Positions 1 to 13,251 of a DNA stretch of 64,000 nucleotides are shown piece by piece. The DNA is taken from assembly GCA_010093815.1 (NCBI GenBank), contig ML996578.1. One strand, written 5' to 3'. Made by a program: the position numbers and the translations under genes. The number at the start of each line of letters is the position of its first letter. The first letter of the stretch is position 1. The notes under the pieces were generated by a model, which saw nothing but the letters and a program-made list of their open reading frames with translations, was not told the origin of the DNA and did not search any database. The DNA comes from Pseudovirgaria hyperparasitica (lineage: Eukaryota).

Positions 1-917
1 AGAAGAGAACGTATGCGCAGACAGGGCGACAGGAATGAATGCAAGGCAAGGAAAATTTCAAAAATGAAAAAGAAAAAGGGAAGAGACGAAAAGGACAACT
101 CTGTTACAAGTTGCAAGTGTAAAGCTTGATGCAGAAGAGACTGGCATTGCAGTGCGAGTCTGAGAGCTCTTAAATATCACATGGTTTTCTGCGTACGGCA
201 CAGTCTCTCGAACGGACCACAGAGATCCAGCCAAAATTCTATTCTTGTTCAATGGTCAATCGGTTTCATCGAGCATGAGTAAACGCTGACTTTTCCAATG
301 AGATGCAATTCATCGTGAATGTATGTTTTTAGGATGCCGAAGCGCTGACGGGAACGGCCAAGCGCCTGCAGGGACTCGATTTGACCAGCCAATGGGAATG
401 ACTCCACCGGAACTTGTCGTACAGCACCATAATAAGCGCCAGCCAGCCACACGGAAGATCGACTGAGTACCGTGAGTTTATCGTACAAGATCTGGATCCC
501 GGATCGTTTCAAGTAGAGCCGCAGTCGCTCTGCGAGGTACCACAAACGGTTGGCATTGTTAGCAGGCGCTGAGGCTTGTCGAAGAGCCTCAATCTGTCCC
601 AAGCGCGAGGGTAAGATGCATAAGCCAAGCTGCCCTGAATTTCTAAAGGAAGCCTTCAAACTGAGGCAATCGACACAATCCATTTTATACAGAGGTTCAA
701 TCTACATGATGTTAAAGAATTGCACATGCGACCGAATGCCGCTTGGTAATTACTTAAATAGATAGATGTGTTTGAAAGTTACAGCCCGGCCCTAAGATAC
801 CGACTCTCACTAATTAATACACTAATGCACATATAATAAATACGTGATAATTACATTTATTTATGCGTAAGCGCAAGATAGTACACGTGAAAAGGCATAA
901 AAAGGACAAAATGATAA

Positions 918-998
918 TGACAAGAGTGGGACTTGAACCCACGCATCTTTCGATACTAGCACCTGAAGCTAGCGCCATAACCACTCGGCCATCTTGCC
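918..998 (-). tRNA. tRNA-Leu(CAG), intronless, long variable arm
   Basis: Reverse complement GGCAAGA-TGGCCGAGTGGTTATGGC-G-CTAGC-TTCAGGT-GCTAG-TATCGAAAGATGC-GTGGG-TTCAAGT-CCCAC-TCTTGTC-A folds as a cloverleaf with anticodon CAG and discriminator A. Confidence 0.95.
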
Positions 999-1416
999 AA
1001 TGAATGGAAAACAAACGTCGGGTAGATTATATACTAGGCCGTGTAATCGCTTTTCAGACCATGACATTCTGTGTCGATTCCGACTCAGGCGCTTTGGTCT
1101 TGGGTATATCAATGGTCTCTATAGTGGTTTTAAGGTAGTCATGTAAATATAAATGCACAAGGTCCTTTTCTAAGTGTCATCTCGGAATACTGTTAGAGCA
1201 GCTATAGCATACTCAAGGAGAATGACTTCAGACATATGTACTTAGATGATGATGATTATGGACATGGGTACCCGAAAATATGCTTATCAAGAGACGTTGA
1301 CCTCCTACGCCCGCTTGTTGACGAAGTGCAAGATGTAAAACTTTGTGCAAAAAAGAAACTCCCGCTCGCGGCCTCAAAAGGACTTTTATCGAAAAGGTCG
1401 AATGGCACAAGATCGC

Positions 1417-3325
1417 TCACTTGCTACGTCCTCTATCGTCCATGTGCGTACCGTTGGACCCATTAGTTGATCCATAGTTTGCCAACATGGAATCTGTCGC
1501 AGTCGGCATCAGGCTTTCGCGTTCCTCCGCTGCCTGTGCGCGCTCTTCCAGCCCTTCCCGCCCAATCTTCTTACTCTTCCTCCAAACGTATCCTACAAGG
1601 ATGATACCGATGATGAATGCCACGCCCAATAAGACAACATTGACCGGAACCGGGTCGTCGTTGAACACCTCGTGGGTGAGAGCGTCGAGACCTGACTGGG
1701 CAAAATTGAGCACGCCAGCCAGACATATAATCAACCCATACACCTTTCCAAAAGTCGTGAATCCGAAGACTTTCGCAGCGTAATCAGAGACAGTAGTGTA
1801 ATAAAGCGGGCGGTAGACGACGAAGAGAACAACATTAGCGTAAGCAGCCCACATATGCGGTATAACGCCCAGCACGCCGATAGAGGTAGCAATCACGACG
1901 AGCACAGAGAGGCAGAACTTGGTGCTTGTGTTGTCAAGAATAATCCCGATGAACGGGACGGCAATGACACCTCCTAAGGGAAGTGCAACATCAAAGAAAT
2001 CGTTGATTTCAACGGCTTTGGAGTATGAGCCTAGGAGATAGGCGTACTGTGTTCGGATCGTTGCGACGAAATAGTTGATCCGGAGCATCTGTACAATAGT
2101 GAAAAGTGCAATTAGTATGAACCAAGGCGTTTGTATTTGCTCAAGGGCAGACTGGCCATGCAATATACCCCACACACCACTAGTTTCACGCTTCTTCTCT
2201 TCGCTTTCGGTCTGTTGAGATGCATCGGCAGTACCGAGAAGTTCGGTGATGTCAGACAGAATGCTCTCACGGCGAAATCGGCGTTCTTCACGAAGCCGCT
2301 GGACCTGACCTTCATCCTCTATCTCGTTGTCAGAGTCATGGATGTCTGCAGCCTCGTCATCAGCGTGAGCTACCAACTCTCCCACGGTCTTGTAAGATTT
2401 TGACGGCATGAGCGTAAGTTGAACGATGAGGGTGAGGACCGGGACAATCAGATAGACCAAGAAGAATTTCTTCGGAGTGAAAGTTTGATTGCTGGCCTGG
2501 TATATCAACCGATAGAAAAGGAATATCGCGCTTGAACTGTCGAAAGCTCCGGTGAGTAGGGCCAGGATGAGGCCAGAGTTCTGTGGGAAAGTGTTGCTCA
2601 ATTGGAAGGATGAGATGAAGATGAAAGGTCCGCCCAGAGCAAGAAATAAATATCCAGGTATAAAGCCATCGAATGGAAGGTCCCAGGAGAACGCGAAGAA
2701 TAGAGCCCCTACAGCCAAGGATGTCGAGCCAATGATTCCGCTCACCCGAGGACCAAACCGATCAAGTATCGTTCCAACAGGAAGGGCGCATACGTTTGTG
2801 GCAACCGCTGCAATTGTGAACATTAGGTTCAATCTGACCAATGTTATAGTCTGACAATCACGAAGATGTTTCCGTCTCCTACCTCAACTCTTGCTCATAG
2901 CATGATGGAAGATGTTGCTCTTCAGGAGAGCACAAGTCATGGTAGGCACCCTCTGCTATCAGTACTGGTTTTATGGCAGCGAAACCAAATACAACTCCTG
3001 GAAATAGTGTTAGAGTGTACTTTTGAAATATGGTGTTGCGTACGAACCGGCAGCGAAGAGGCAATATACAACAGCGGCGCCAACCTGAACTGGCTTGTAG
3101 TGAGTTTCAATCCTTAATCTTAAGTTCTGTCGTGGAGAACATACTGATTCTTTTGGTTTTTGACACCTCGAAAGCTCCAACCGGTTCTTCGTGGGCAGCA
3201 AGAGGTACCCATTCTCCCACTGGATTGAACGATAGCTTGCGTCCGGGCATTCTGTTAGGTGACTGCTCGCGACTCCATGACGGCTCATACTCCTCCAGCA
3301 CGGAAACACGCTCAGCGAGCGACAT
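1417..3325 (-). CDS. FMP42: FMP42-like (LAT3/SLC43-type) MFS transporter, about 3 introns in the 5' part
   Basis: Spliceable pieces MSLAERVS..., VYCLFAAG, VVFGFAAIKPVL...CYEQELR, then LNLMFTIAAV...LPVGTILDRFGPR; many TM segments; FGFTTFGKVYG. Confidence 0.85.
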
Positions 3326-4244
3326 TGCTGCCGGAGGGGCTACAGCCAATGTCCTTCGTAAAAAGAGGGTATGTAGTGGAAACTCCGAAATGGATCAGTG
3401 TATTCTGCTAGGTAGCAAGCTTCACAGGACAGGCTTCCCACGTCAGTTCGGCGGAGTTGCAGAACTAAGAGAGTTGACGGCTCAACGATAGTGTAGACGT
3501 GGGGTCGATGAGCAATTGACCAAGTGAAGCTACTGATACAGGATGGTAATTATAATTGAGAAGAAGTGAGGAGAAAGAGGGACAACCATGACGATTCTCT
3601 CATTGAAGCCCCGCGTGACGCAAGAGCCGAGCCAGGATGGATGCTTGGGGGAAGCTCTGGTAAAAAGTTTTGCGCCGCGTGACGCCTCCACAACTGCCGA
3701 TCTCCCCAGCTGCCAGGCACCCTTAATCGCTGATGCGTGCCGACAACGTGCCTAGAGCATGGTCGGCCGACCTGTTCCCGCCAAACAACATATTTTCGAG
3801 CATACCCTGTTGAATACCGTAGCTCTCATTCTCCTTTGACTTCAAAACGGATCTCAGCAAGATAAGAAGGATATTCTTTCGCTGGTCTTCGCCCAATATT
3901 AAGAATTATAGCCCATCAATTCTGAAAGTAACATCTTTCTCGCAGCTTCTCACTTGTATCTAGTATCGATGTACATTTCTGCTGCTCTTTCTACCTAGTG
4001 ACACTTATAATGCAACCCAGCCCTAGTCGACAATACCAATTCTCGCAGGTGGATCCGTACATGGGGCAATTGACAGGTACCAAGACGGAGTACCGCATTA
4101 TTTTATCAAACATACTACTCAAACGGCGCCCTGCTCGCAATCAAATGTACACATACCGGCCCCCTGACAAGCCAAATTTACGCCGTTGTCAAATGATATC
4201 AAGAATTCCTCCGTCACATAGCCAACTCTGCACGCATGTTTGCA

Positions 4245-6390
4245 TCACCGCTCCTGCTCCGTGACGATTTCTGCCTTCTTTTCTGCTGTCTCGTCCTGTT
4301 CCTGCCTCTCTTCGAGTCCTTCCTCCTTCTGGACCTCGGGTTCATCCTCTTCCTTCATCTCAACGTCTTCTTTTTCGATATCCTTGGTATCAGCAGTGGG
4401 CTGAACACCTGGCTGGTCTTCTGAAGTTTGTGCGGAAGCTTCACCGTTGGCCGTCGCAGATGTGGCTGGTGCCACGGCGATCGTGTCTTGCGGTGAGTCG
4501 GGAGGGGTGACAGCGGAGAAGCCGGGAGCAGATTCTTGTTGGGGTGAGCTCGTTCGTGTCCGTACTGCTGCCGCTGCGTTTGAGTCACCGGCCGAGGGGC
4601 CAGCAGCTGATGGACTTGCGGCGGCTGAGGGCTTGACATCTTCGTCCTCACCGTCTTCCTCGTCGGCATCATGTTCGTCGTCATCCATATCAACGTCTTC
4701 GTCCCCAGGAGCAGGCGAACTCTTTAATGAGCCGGTTCCATTGGCCGCGGGTCTTGCTGAGGACGCACGTGATGCATCGGCGGCCGGGGAAGCATTTTTT
4801 GTGTTCCGTCCACTGGCATCGCCGTTAATGCTCCGCGTTGGAGTTGCATTTGCGCTCTCGATATCTGGGACTGCGTTGACGTTCTGATAATCCATAATGT
4901 TACGTCTTCGTGGGCGGCCGGGTTGACGTCGCACCCCGGCGCGGCTCGCTTGCTCTTCATCGTCGCTTTCGGAAAGGTCGCCATCTTTAGTCGTGTGTTT
5001 ATCCCATCGACGCTCGGTATATCGTACATCCGGGTTGGCATCAGCGTCCATATCGTCCATTGCATCGTCGGCCTCGTCATCCATACCCGGCACCATTGGG
5101 GAGCGGGGAACGTCTTGCATTTGCACAGACGGGTCGCCCGTGCGTCTCAAGTTTTCGATGACATTTGTTAGTATCTTTTCCAGATATTCGCGAGAATTTG
5201 CGTTGTCCATGTTCGATGGACGAACATCGAGTTGGAAGTCTGGCCCGAAGTAGTCGTAGTAGTCATTGTATGGTAGATCGTGGCCCATTTCGTGTCCGAC
5301 GAGCTGGCCAGTCTCATATGCCCACGTTCGCGCAACATTTCTCATAGTATAGCCACCACCACCGAGCACCAGGGTTGGCAAGTTGAAGCTCTTGACATAG
5401 TTGACGCAGTTTGCATGGCCTCTCATACTCAAGTTGAAGCAACCCAGTCGGTCTCCCGACAAGCTGTCGCCCCCACATTGTAAGACAATGGCTTCAGGTT
5501 TGTAATAGTCCATTACAGCCTTGATGGTTGGTTCAAATACTCCTTTGTACGTCTCATCCGTAATACCATCCCTGAGTGGGAAGTTGACGGAGTAGTATTT
5601 GCCATTGCCGACACCAATGTCGCGAAGCTCTCCAGTACCTGGGAAGTATTCTCCGTATTTATGGAATGACACCGTCATAACACGGTCGGTCGTGTAGAAC
5701 GCCTCTTCAACACCATCACCGTGGTGCACGTCGATGTCGATATAGAGAACCCGCTGCTTGAAGCGGAGAAGCTCGATGATTCCAAGGACAATGTCTGTAG
5801 GTTCTGGGTCAGCACGACTGGCATTACATCACTTCAAAACTCGACATACCGTTTACGTAGCAGAATCCACTCGCTTCAGCCTTTTTCGCGTGATGCAGAC
5901 CACCGGCCCAGTTTATGGCGACGTCGCATTTGCCTCTGTTCAAGCGAGCGGCACCTTCCATGCTTCCACCAGCACTGATACCGCAAAACTCAAACAAGCC
6001 ATCGAACACAGGGCAGTCGTCTCCCACGTTGTATTTTCCTTGCTCTTTGGAGTAGCTGTCCATGTTGTCTGGGGTAACCTTTTGCAGAAACTCGACATAT
6101 TCATCGGTATGGAACTGCGTCATCTCAAATTTTGAGGCCGGCTTCGCGCGCTATGGTAGAATTAGCGGTGTATGTAAGATTATAATGGGAACTCCACACA
6201 CATATATCTCCATTTTTTTATACAGGTCGTAGTTCATGATCAAACTGTGAGCCATTCGTATACGATGCGGCTTCATCGGATGTCCCGATACGTATGAGTA
6301 GTTTCCAACATCTGAATCATAGAAATATGCGACTTTCTTTGGTTGCGATCCATTGAGGACATGGTCGTCCAGAGGCGCAGCGAGCGCCAT
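4245..6390 (-). CDS. RPD3: Class I histone deacetylase Rpd3/HDAC1, 2 introns
   Basis: [55 protein letters not shown]; long acidic C-terminal tail. Confidence 0.97.
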
Positions 6391-6841
6391 TTCGTCGTCG
6401 CAGGTTGGGTGTAGAATGTTTTAGACTGTTGTGGTCACTGACGAGCTTTAATTTTAGTTCTGAGTGAAGTCTGAGCTTAAGCGTTATGTCTTGTGTCTGA
6501 GTATGTGTTTATTGTGGAAGAGCATACATGGAGCTTCTAAAGTGGCAGGGCATCGCCCGCTTTTACACCAATTACGCGACAGGGCCGAGCGGCGCGTTGC
6601 GGTGTTGCGGGAGAGCTAAACGGCGAAACGATTCGCCGAGTGGCCGACCGGAGCTCAGTAAATGGATGGCGAGTTCGTGGAGCTCTCGTTGACACTGTAT
6701 TTGTCGACTTTAACTTTCGTCGCATTCCATTCACTTCCTTCTCGCTTCGCAACAGTCTTCATTCAACCTGTCTCACGCCTCTCTGTTCCTCCTTCAACTC
6801 CAGAACCTACGTCCGCGCTCCTGTTAGTCACATCTATCCTC

Positions 6842-8026
6842 ATGGACAGGTTAACACGCATGCTAGCCGCCGCCCAAGGCATGGGCGGCATGGGAGGCGG
6901 GCCTGCTCAAGTGAGTCTCTTCTGATATATGAGTCGCGTGCTTGCCCACGAATATACCTCACTGGTCATGTCTCTTGGGATTTCGAGCTGTGTGCTCGAT
7001 CTAGGACCCAAGACTGATGACACTATTCATAGGACACAAACCTCATCGACAACTCCGAAACCGTCTACATATCCTCTCTCGCACTTCTAAAGATGCTAAG
7101 ACATGGTCGTGCTGGTGTTCCCATGGAAGTGATGGGACTGATGCTTGGAGAGTTTGTTGATGACTATACCGTCCGAGTGGTGGACGTCTTTGCGATGCCT
7201 CAAAGTGGTACAGGAGTTAGTGTAGAGGCTGTAGATCCGGTGTTCCAAACGAAGATGATGGAAATGCTCAGGCAGACAGGTCGACCGGAGACTGTTGTCG
7301 GCTGGTACCACTCACATCCTGGTTTCGGCTGCTGGCTATCATCCGTCGATATTAATACCCAACAGTCGTTTGAGCAACTGACTCCCCGAGCGGTCGCCGT
7401 CGTTGTCGATCCCATCCAATCTGTAAAGGGCAAGGTCGTCATTGATGCCTTCCGTCTCATCAACCCGCAGACTCTAATGATGGGTCACGAGCCCAGACAA
7501 ACGACGTCGAACTTGGGCCATCTGAACAAACCTTCCATTCAAGCGCTTATTCATGGCCTTAACAGGCACTACTATAGCATCGGTATCAACTACAGGAAGA
7601 CTGGACTAGAGGAGAACATGCTCATGAATCTTCATAAGCACGTCTGGACGGAGGCCTTACAGATGGCCGATTTCAGGACAGAGGGGAAGAGAAATCAAGA
7701 CAAACTACAACGTCTAGTTGGACTGGCGGAAGGCTATGAGAAGCGTGTCAAGGAAGAGACTGAGCTAACGAAAGACCAACTGAAGACAAGATATGTTGGC
7801 AAGGTGGATCCCAAGAAGCGTGCGTATAAGTCTATAGCTGTACGGACGGATACTAACAACTATCTTAGATCTCGAAGACGTCGGACAGCAGCTCATTGAG
7901 GACAACATCGTGTCTGTCTCGCGCCAAATGATTGACAAGGAAGCCTCCGTACCAAACAAGCTGAACCGGACCGCAAACGGATCAAAGGCAAACGCAGATG
8001 CAGACAGCGAGATGGAGGAAGACTGA
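6842..8026 (+). CDS. RPN11: 26S proteasome lid JAMM deubiquitinase Rpn11, 2 introns
   Basis: [13 protein letters not shown] exon; [31 protein letters not shown] motif [17 protein letters not shown]; last exon ends ...MEED-TGA at 8026. Confidence 0.97.
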
Positions 8027-10409
8027 GCACCATCGACGTCTGTCATGAGGATTATGATTATGGGTTTGGCGAGGATAGGACCATGTGCTATACCACTGCC
8101 CGCTCCGGACGTGATCTTGGGCATGCATGGAGCGGTTGATACATATACTGGAAGGTATTCGCATCCAATCGGTGCGTAGACAACAGAATCGGACCTTAAT
8201 GAAACGCATCGAGTCAGGTTGATGATGACAATTCACGAGTTACTCCGCTACATTTAGCTTGGACTGTCCTTCCATCTTCCACGGTCTCCTCTCAAACCCA
8301 TGGCCCTTCTTCACCCGTCGTCCTCGTCTGTAATGCAGCGTTCGCAACAATGCCGCAAAGATACCTCCTCAAAAACCTGTTCTTGTTCCTCCGTTATTTC
8401 ACTAAATCCCAACACTACATCGCCCAAGTACCATCAGCACTCTTATACCCTCGTGCTTCCAACCGTTTGCGCAACTTCTCCACCGTTCCTGCCATCTGCC
8501 CTTCCCATTTAGACTTCTATATCGCCTTGCCAACAAATTCACCCAGAACTGGCAGCATTAAATTGCCATGCCGCACCTTCGATAGATTCACACACTTTTG
8601 TGGCTAATATGTCAGTCGCATCCTCTCAATTAGCAGCCGTTTCGTGTCGCGCTACACGCACGCAAAAGTTCCAGCACAGGCTCTTGCACCAAATACCCCG
8701 CATTATCCATCGAGGCCTCAAGAATACTGAAGAGGTGTTTCTGCCTTAGAGCTTAGGCATCACGGTGGGCCTTAGATATATAGAAGCTTCTTCAGTCAAC
8801 ATTACAAAGCAGATGGCAGAGTGCAATGATGCATGCTGTGCAGTCTTGCCACTCCAAGGTATTCTGTCATCAGTCAGAGATTACCCGACTATCGTGTGGA
8901 GGGCGCGCCACATCATACATGCATAAATAGCAAAGTAGATGCAGCAGGGTGAAGATGATGTTGACAGGAGCGGTGTACTCGCAACACATATTAACAATGA
9001 TGTTTCCAATAAACCGTCGTCGAAATCATTGATCTTATGTACACAATTGCATCGTACTTCTACAATAATTATTACAACTTCTGCGCATTCGAAATGCAGT
9101 AGATGGTGGGGGCCAGGCCAAAAGAGCCGTTGGATGTCAGCCAATCACGTAGACCTGTTACCCGTGCTGAAACACCTCACTTCAGACTCAGCGCGTCCTC
9201 GTCTGCCTCTCATCGTGTCTCCTCATTCCGTCTCTGCGACAGACGTCCACCTCGATATCTTGCTTCGATGCATAACCGGGCGAGTGAAAGACCTCCAGGT
9301 CAGAAGAGACGCGTCACCTCTACATACAGGGCCAAGTCTCGTGAGTCAGGCAGGATTCAGCAGACACATGACACCCGCATGGCCAAAGGGAAGTGATTTG
9401 CCATGAGATACTCATTTTCTTACACTTTTCCTGAGTTGGGGGGTAGAGGAAGTCGTGATCAGAAACATGTGAGACGAAGAAGTGGTGGAAAAAAGGTAGG
9501 GTGATGGAATTTGCACTGCAGAATATTGTTTTTGATGCTATCTTTCATATGCCAAACACGCAGACACACCATGGAAGAGGAGATATGAGTACCGGAGTGC
9601 ACAACAGTCAGTCCACAATAGCGATGTTAAGAGCATACTGCAAAGCGCGCGCGATTCCTATCATCTCAAGCGGGTATCATGACCCACGCGAAATCCTGCA
9701 ACACAAAGCCCCAGCGAGGCGGCTACAGAGTTATGACCTTGGCCACTCCATGCACTCACGATGGCTACAAGCTGGGAGCAGAAGAAACACAACCTTCCAC
9801 AGCGTGCTGGGGAGCATCGAGCAATCCCCCAGCAATCCGTTTCGCGCCTCTGTGCGCTGGTGTCTTGATTGGCTCACACTGCGTCCACGGATGGCGGCTC
9901 GCGTGGCATCTCCTGTTCATCGACTATTCTCTTGGCACTAATGTTTCACGATCCATACACTATTCACTTTCTTGTTCCTTCTCTCACTATTCGCGCTGTG
10001 TGTGAGGCCCTCTATATGCTTCACTACATGTCCATCGCCACTTTTTCATTCCTTCTACTTCCAAGATGGCTGTCGCCTCCTCACGTTATTCAAGAGTGCT
10101 ATTGTTCAACTCACGTTCCCTTGCACAATAGGACTTTTGAACCATGCCGACTTTGTCAAGAATACGTTGTGTGTTCGTTTCCGTCATTACCTGACGCTTG
10201 AGTTCTTATCTTTGGCCTTTTAACAGCTCGCTTCTCGCTATCGCAACGCTTCTCAGGACCTCGTACTTTCAACATTCTCACGCAGGTCGTGTATATACAT
10301 ACTTTTTTTATTCTCATATCTGGCAAATCAGGCAACGATATTACCACCATACAATCCATCTATTCTATTCGAGTCCCTCCGATATCCAACTAGCCTCACC
10401 CATACGGAA

Positions 10410-11576
10410 ATGCGATTCATCAACTTTGCTACAGTGCTGGCATATGTGGCTGGGCACGTCGGTGGTCACTCTTGGGCTGAACAGGATGTCGTCATTGACG
10501 ATAACGGCAACTACGTCGGCAAATTTGGGTACATGCGATCATACATGGCTCGGACCGACCCAGGCTGGGACCCCCTCAAGGTACAAAATCTTGTGGCCAA
10601 CGGTCCAAATCAACGCATCAGCGACTCCTCGTTGGTGTGCAAGGACACACAGCAAACTCCCCAGTACAGTGACCAGTATCCGAAACTGAAAGCGGCGCCG
10701 GGCAACTATGTTGCAATAAGGTACCAGGAGAACGGGCATACGACTTTCGCCGACTTGAAACTGTTGGAGAACAAAGTAAACGGTTCTGCGGTATGGGTCT
10801 ACGGTACTGCCGACCCTAAAGAGGGGGAAACCTTTGGAGATGTGCTTGCGTGGACCAGCGATGGTAGCGGCGGCGACAAGAGAGGCAAACTGCTCACGGT
10901 AGCAGATTTCGACGACAAGAGATGTCATGAGGTCAGCGACAAGCCAGTCTCCGTCCAGCGACAAAAGGATTTCCCAAACAACGGCCCTCTCTGGTGCGAG
11001 ACAAGTGTTCGCCTCCCGGAGGATGTGCCAGCGGGCAAGACCTATACTCTGTACTGGATCTGGGACTGGCCTAGCACTCTCGGCGACTTCAAGGACGAGT
11101 ACTACACCAGCTGTCTAGACATCGATCTTGTCGACAAGCCAGACCTCAGCCCCGTCGACACAAAGTACGTAAAGAACGGCGGCACCGGCCTGGCCCTCGA
11201 GCAACAAGACCCCAACACCAAAGCCGTGTCGGACTACAAGTCACGCACCGCCTCCTCGCCCGTCCCGCGCACTCCCGGCAGTGCCCCAACCGGCAGTGCC
11301 CCACTCGTCAAGGAATCTCTAGCTCCAACCACGCCAGTCTCCTCCGCAGCAGACTCTATTCCCACCCTCATCGGCCGTCCCGGTCCCGGCGCCGGCGATA
11401 CGAATGCCACCCCAACACCGGCTCCTGACGCCGACGGCATGGTCACAGTGACTATCAAAGAAACCGTCTACGTCACCCAGCCTCCGCCTGTCGCAACACC
11501 GTCCACTGCTCCATTAGGGCAGAGTCCAGACGGTGCTGTCGTTGTACCCGGTCGCAGGCGCGCGTTCTACGCTTAA
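10410..11576 (+). CDS. Secreted protein with His at predicted mature position 1 (DUF7492-like, LPMO-like) and Pro/Thr/Ser-rich tail
   Basis: Signal-peptide-like N-terminus then HSWAEQ; YQENGH; YTLYWIWDW; EYYTSC; intronless 388-aa ORF. Confidence 0.8.
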   Translation: MRFINFATVLAYVAGHVGGHSWAEQDVVIDDNGNYVGKFGYMRSYMARTDPGWDPLKVQNLVANGPNQRISDSSLVCKDTQQTPQYSDQYPKLKAAPGNYVAIRYQENGHTTFADLKLLENKVNGSAVWVYGTADPKEGETFGDVLAWTSDGSGGDKRGKLLTVADFDDKRCHEVSDKPVSVQRQKDFPNNGPLWCETSVRLPEDVPAGKTYTLYWIWDWPSTLGDFKDEYYTSCLDIDLVDKPDLSPVDTKYVKNGGTGLALEQQDPNTKAVSDYKSRTASSPVPRTPGSAPTGSAPLVKESLAPTTPVSSAADSIPTLIGRPGPGAGDTNATPTPAPDADGMVTVTIKETVYVTQPPPVATPSTAPLGQSPDGAVVVPGRRRAFYA

Positions 11577-13251
11577 GCTAAAGCGACAGACGCTGCTGTA
11601 GTCAAATCTTTTCAGTCTCGACATCTCCAGCAATGTGACAATTTCGTTCGTTTTTCGGCGTTTGTGCGCATCTTCATTTGGTCATCGGCATAGCGCTATA
11701 GAATTAGGACACCTTTTTTTAAACCACCGCATTGCTGGCGCTCTGGGCGCTTGGGCTATATTAAATGCCAAGGAGTTTTGTGTGTGGGTCAGGGCGTTTT
11801 CTTTTTTTTTTTTCTATCTGTCAAGGCTGCATGTATGTGTCTGTGTGTGATGCAGAAGAAACAAGGCATTGTTGGTATGGCATAGCGTCGGCGTCTTTTT
11901 CCCTGTATCGTGTTCCCATTTTGTAGTACCTGGGGGGCTGCCTGGACAGGCGCCAGATAAGTCAGTCTGCTTATATGAAAGGGTACTCTTCCCCAATTCT
12001 TGCCCTGAGCCGTGTATAGGTGCAGTGCTGTTATGTATGTATATCTGTCTGTCAACCAAAGATATCGAGTTATAGAGCAAAGTCACGTGCGCCCCCTCTA
12101 CAGGCGCTGATTGGCCACGCACCCAGCCCGCGGGGCAAGAGCGCGCAGCACACCCGTCGTCGAACACCGTGACATCGGAATATAACCACCCTACCCGCCC
12201 GTAATTAGCTGCCAAGCACACAAGACTTGCCGTCCGTCCAAGCTAGACTTGGCACTCCTCCCCGGGAAGATTCCTAGTCGTCTTTCTACAGATGGGATCT
12301 TAGGGAGAGAGGAAGGTGAACAGTTGATTGGTCGGGTAGCTGGTGGCCGGGGAAGGTGGAATCTGGGACTGGGGCGTGGAATGTCGTGACGTTTTCGGAG
12401 GGTTTGATAGTGACGGCGGGTTATATGTGCTAGCTGGGGCGGGAGATTGCGATGGGCGGTTGGTGCCAGATTGTTGGGTGGGTGGTGGGTCGGGCGCGGC
12501 GCGGTGTGGTCTTGGGCGATGGGTGCAGGAGGAGAAGCTTAGATATTCATATGTATAGATTGCTCTGGCGTATAGGGGGTGTTGTATGGTGGAAGGTAGT
12601 GCGTCATGCAGCGTTGTAGAAGGTGTTAGTATCGAGGCTATAATCATTCATCCATCCATCCATCCATCCATCTTATCAACATACCCTCCCATGAAACACA
12701 CAGTAATAAACACAGCATGAACTCACCTTCTAAGCGCTATCAGCACCTGATCCTGCCCTGCCCTGCCCTGCCCCTGCGTACCATTCATCTAACCACACAG
12801 GAAAGCCTCTCCCATTCTCTCAACATCTCCTATCCTCTCCTCCCACCCCATTGGCCTCACGCACACAATAAAGGGCAACCCAGGCAACAGCCATCGAACA
12901 CCGTGATCGCGATCCAGACCGCGTCTTTTTTTTCTCTTTGGAACAGAAAGGGTGGCCAAGTGCCACAGGGGGGATAGTGGTATGATCGGTGGATGTGGTT
13001 CTAGGCTCTGTCCACCTAGGCAGCAGGGGAGGGGAGCTTTGGCTGGCTGGCTGGCTGGCTGGCTGGCCAGAAGCGCAAGGTTTGTTTGGTGTGGGTGGAG
13101 TCACGTGTTGCGGTCTGGAATATGGGTGGGTGGTTATGCATGTGTGTGTGATGGTAGCTGAGAAGACGATCGGATATACATATATGTGTGTGTATGTATG
13201 TTATATATATCTATAAGAGTTACCACGCGTAGACGCAGCTAGAAACCTATG

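Noticed and set aside
249..683. 144-aa minus-strand ORF
   Set aside because: No recognisable motif; cannot support it as a gene.
918..998. Possible CUG codon reassignment tRNA
   Set aside because: U33, G37 and discriminator A73 fit an ordinary Leu tRNA.
6538..6552. Rpn4/PACE-like site upstream of RPN11
   Set aside because: AGTGGCAGG only partly matches GGTGGCAAA.
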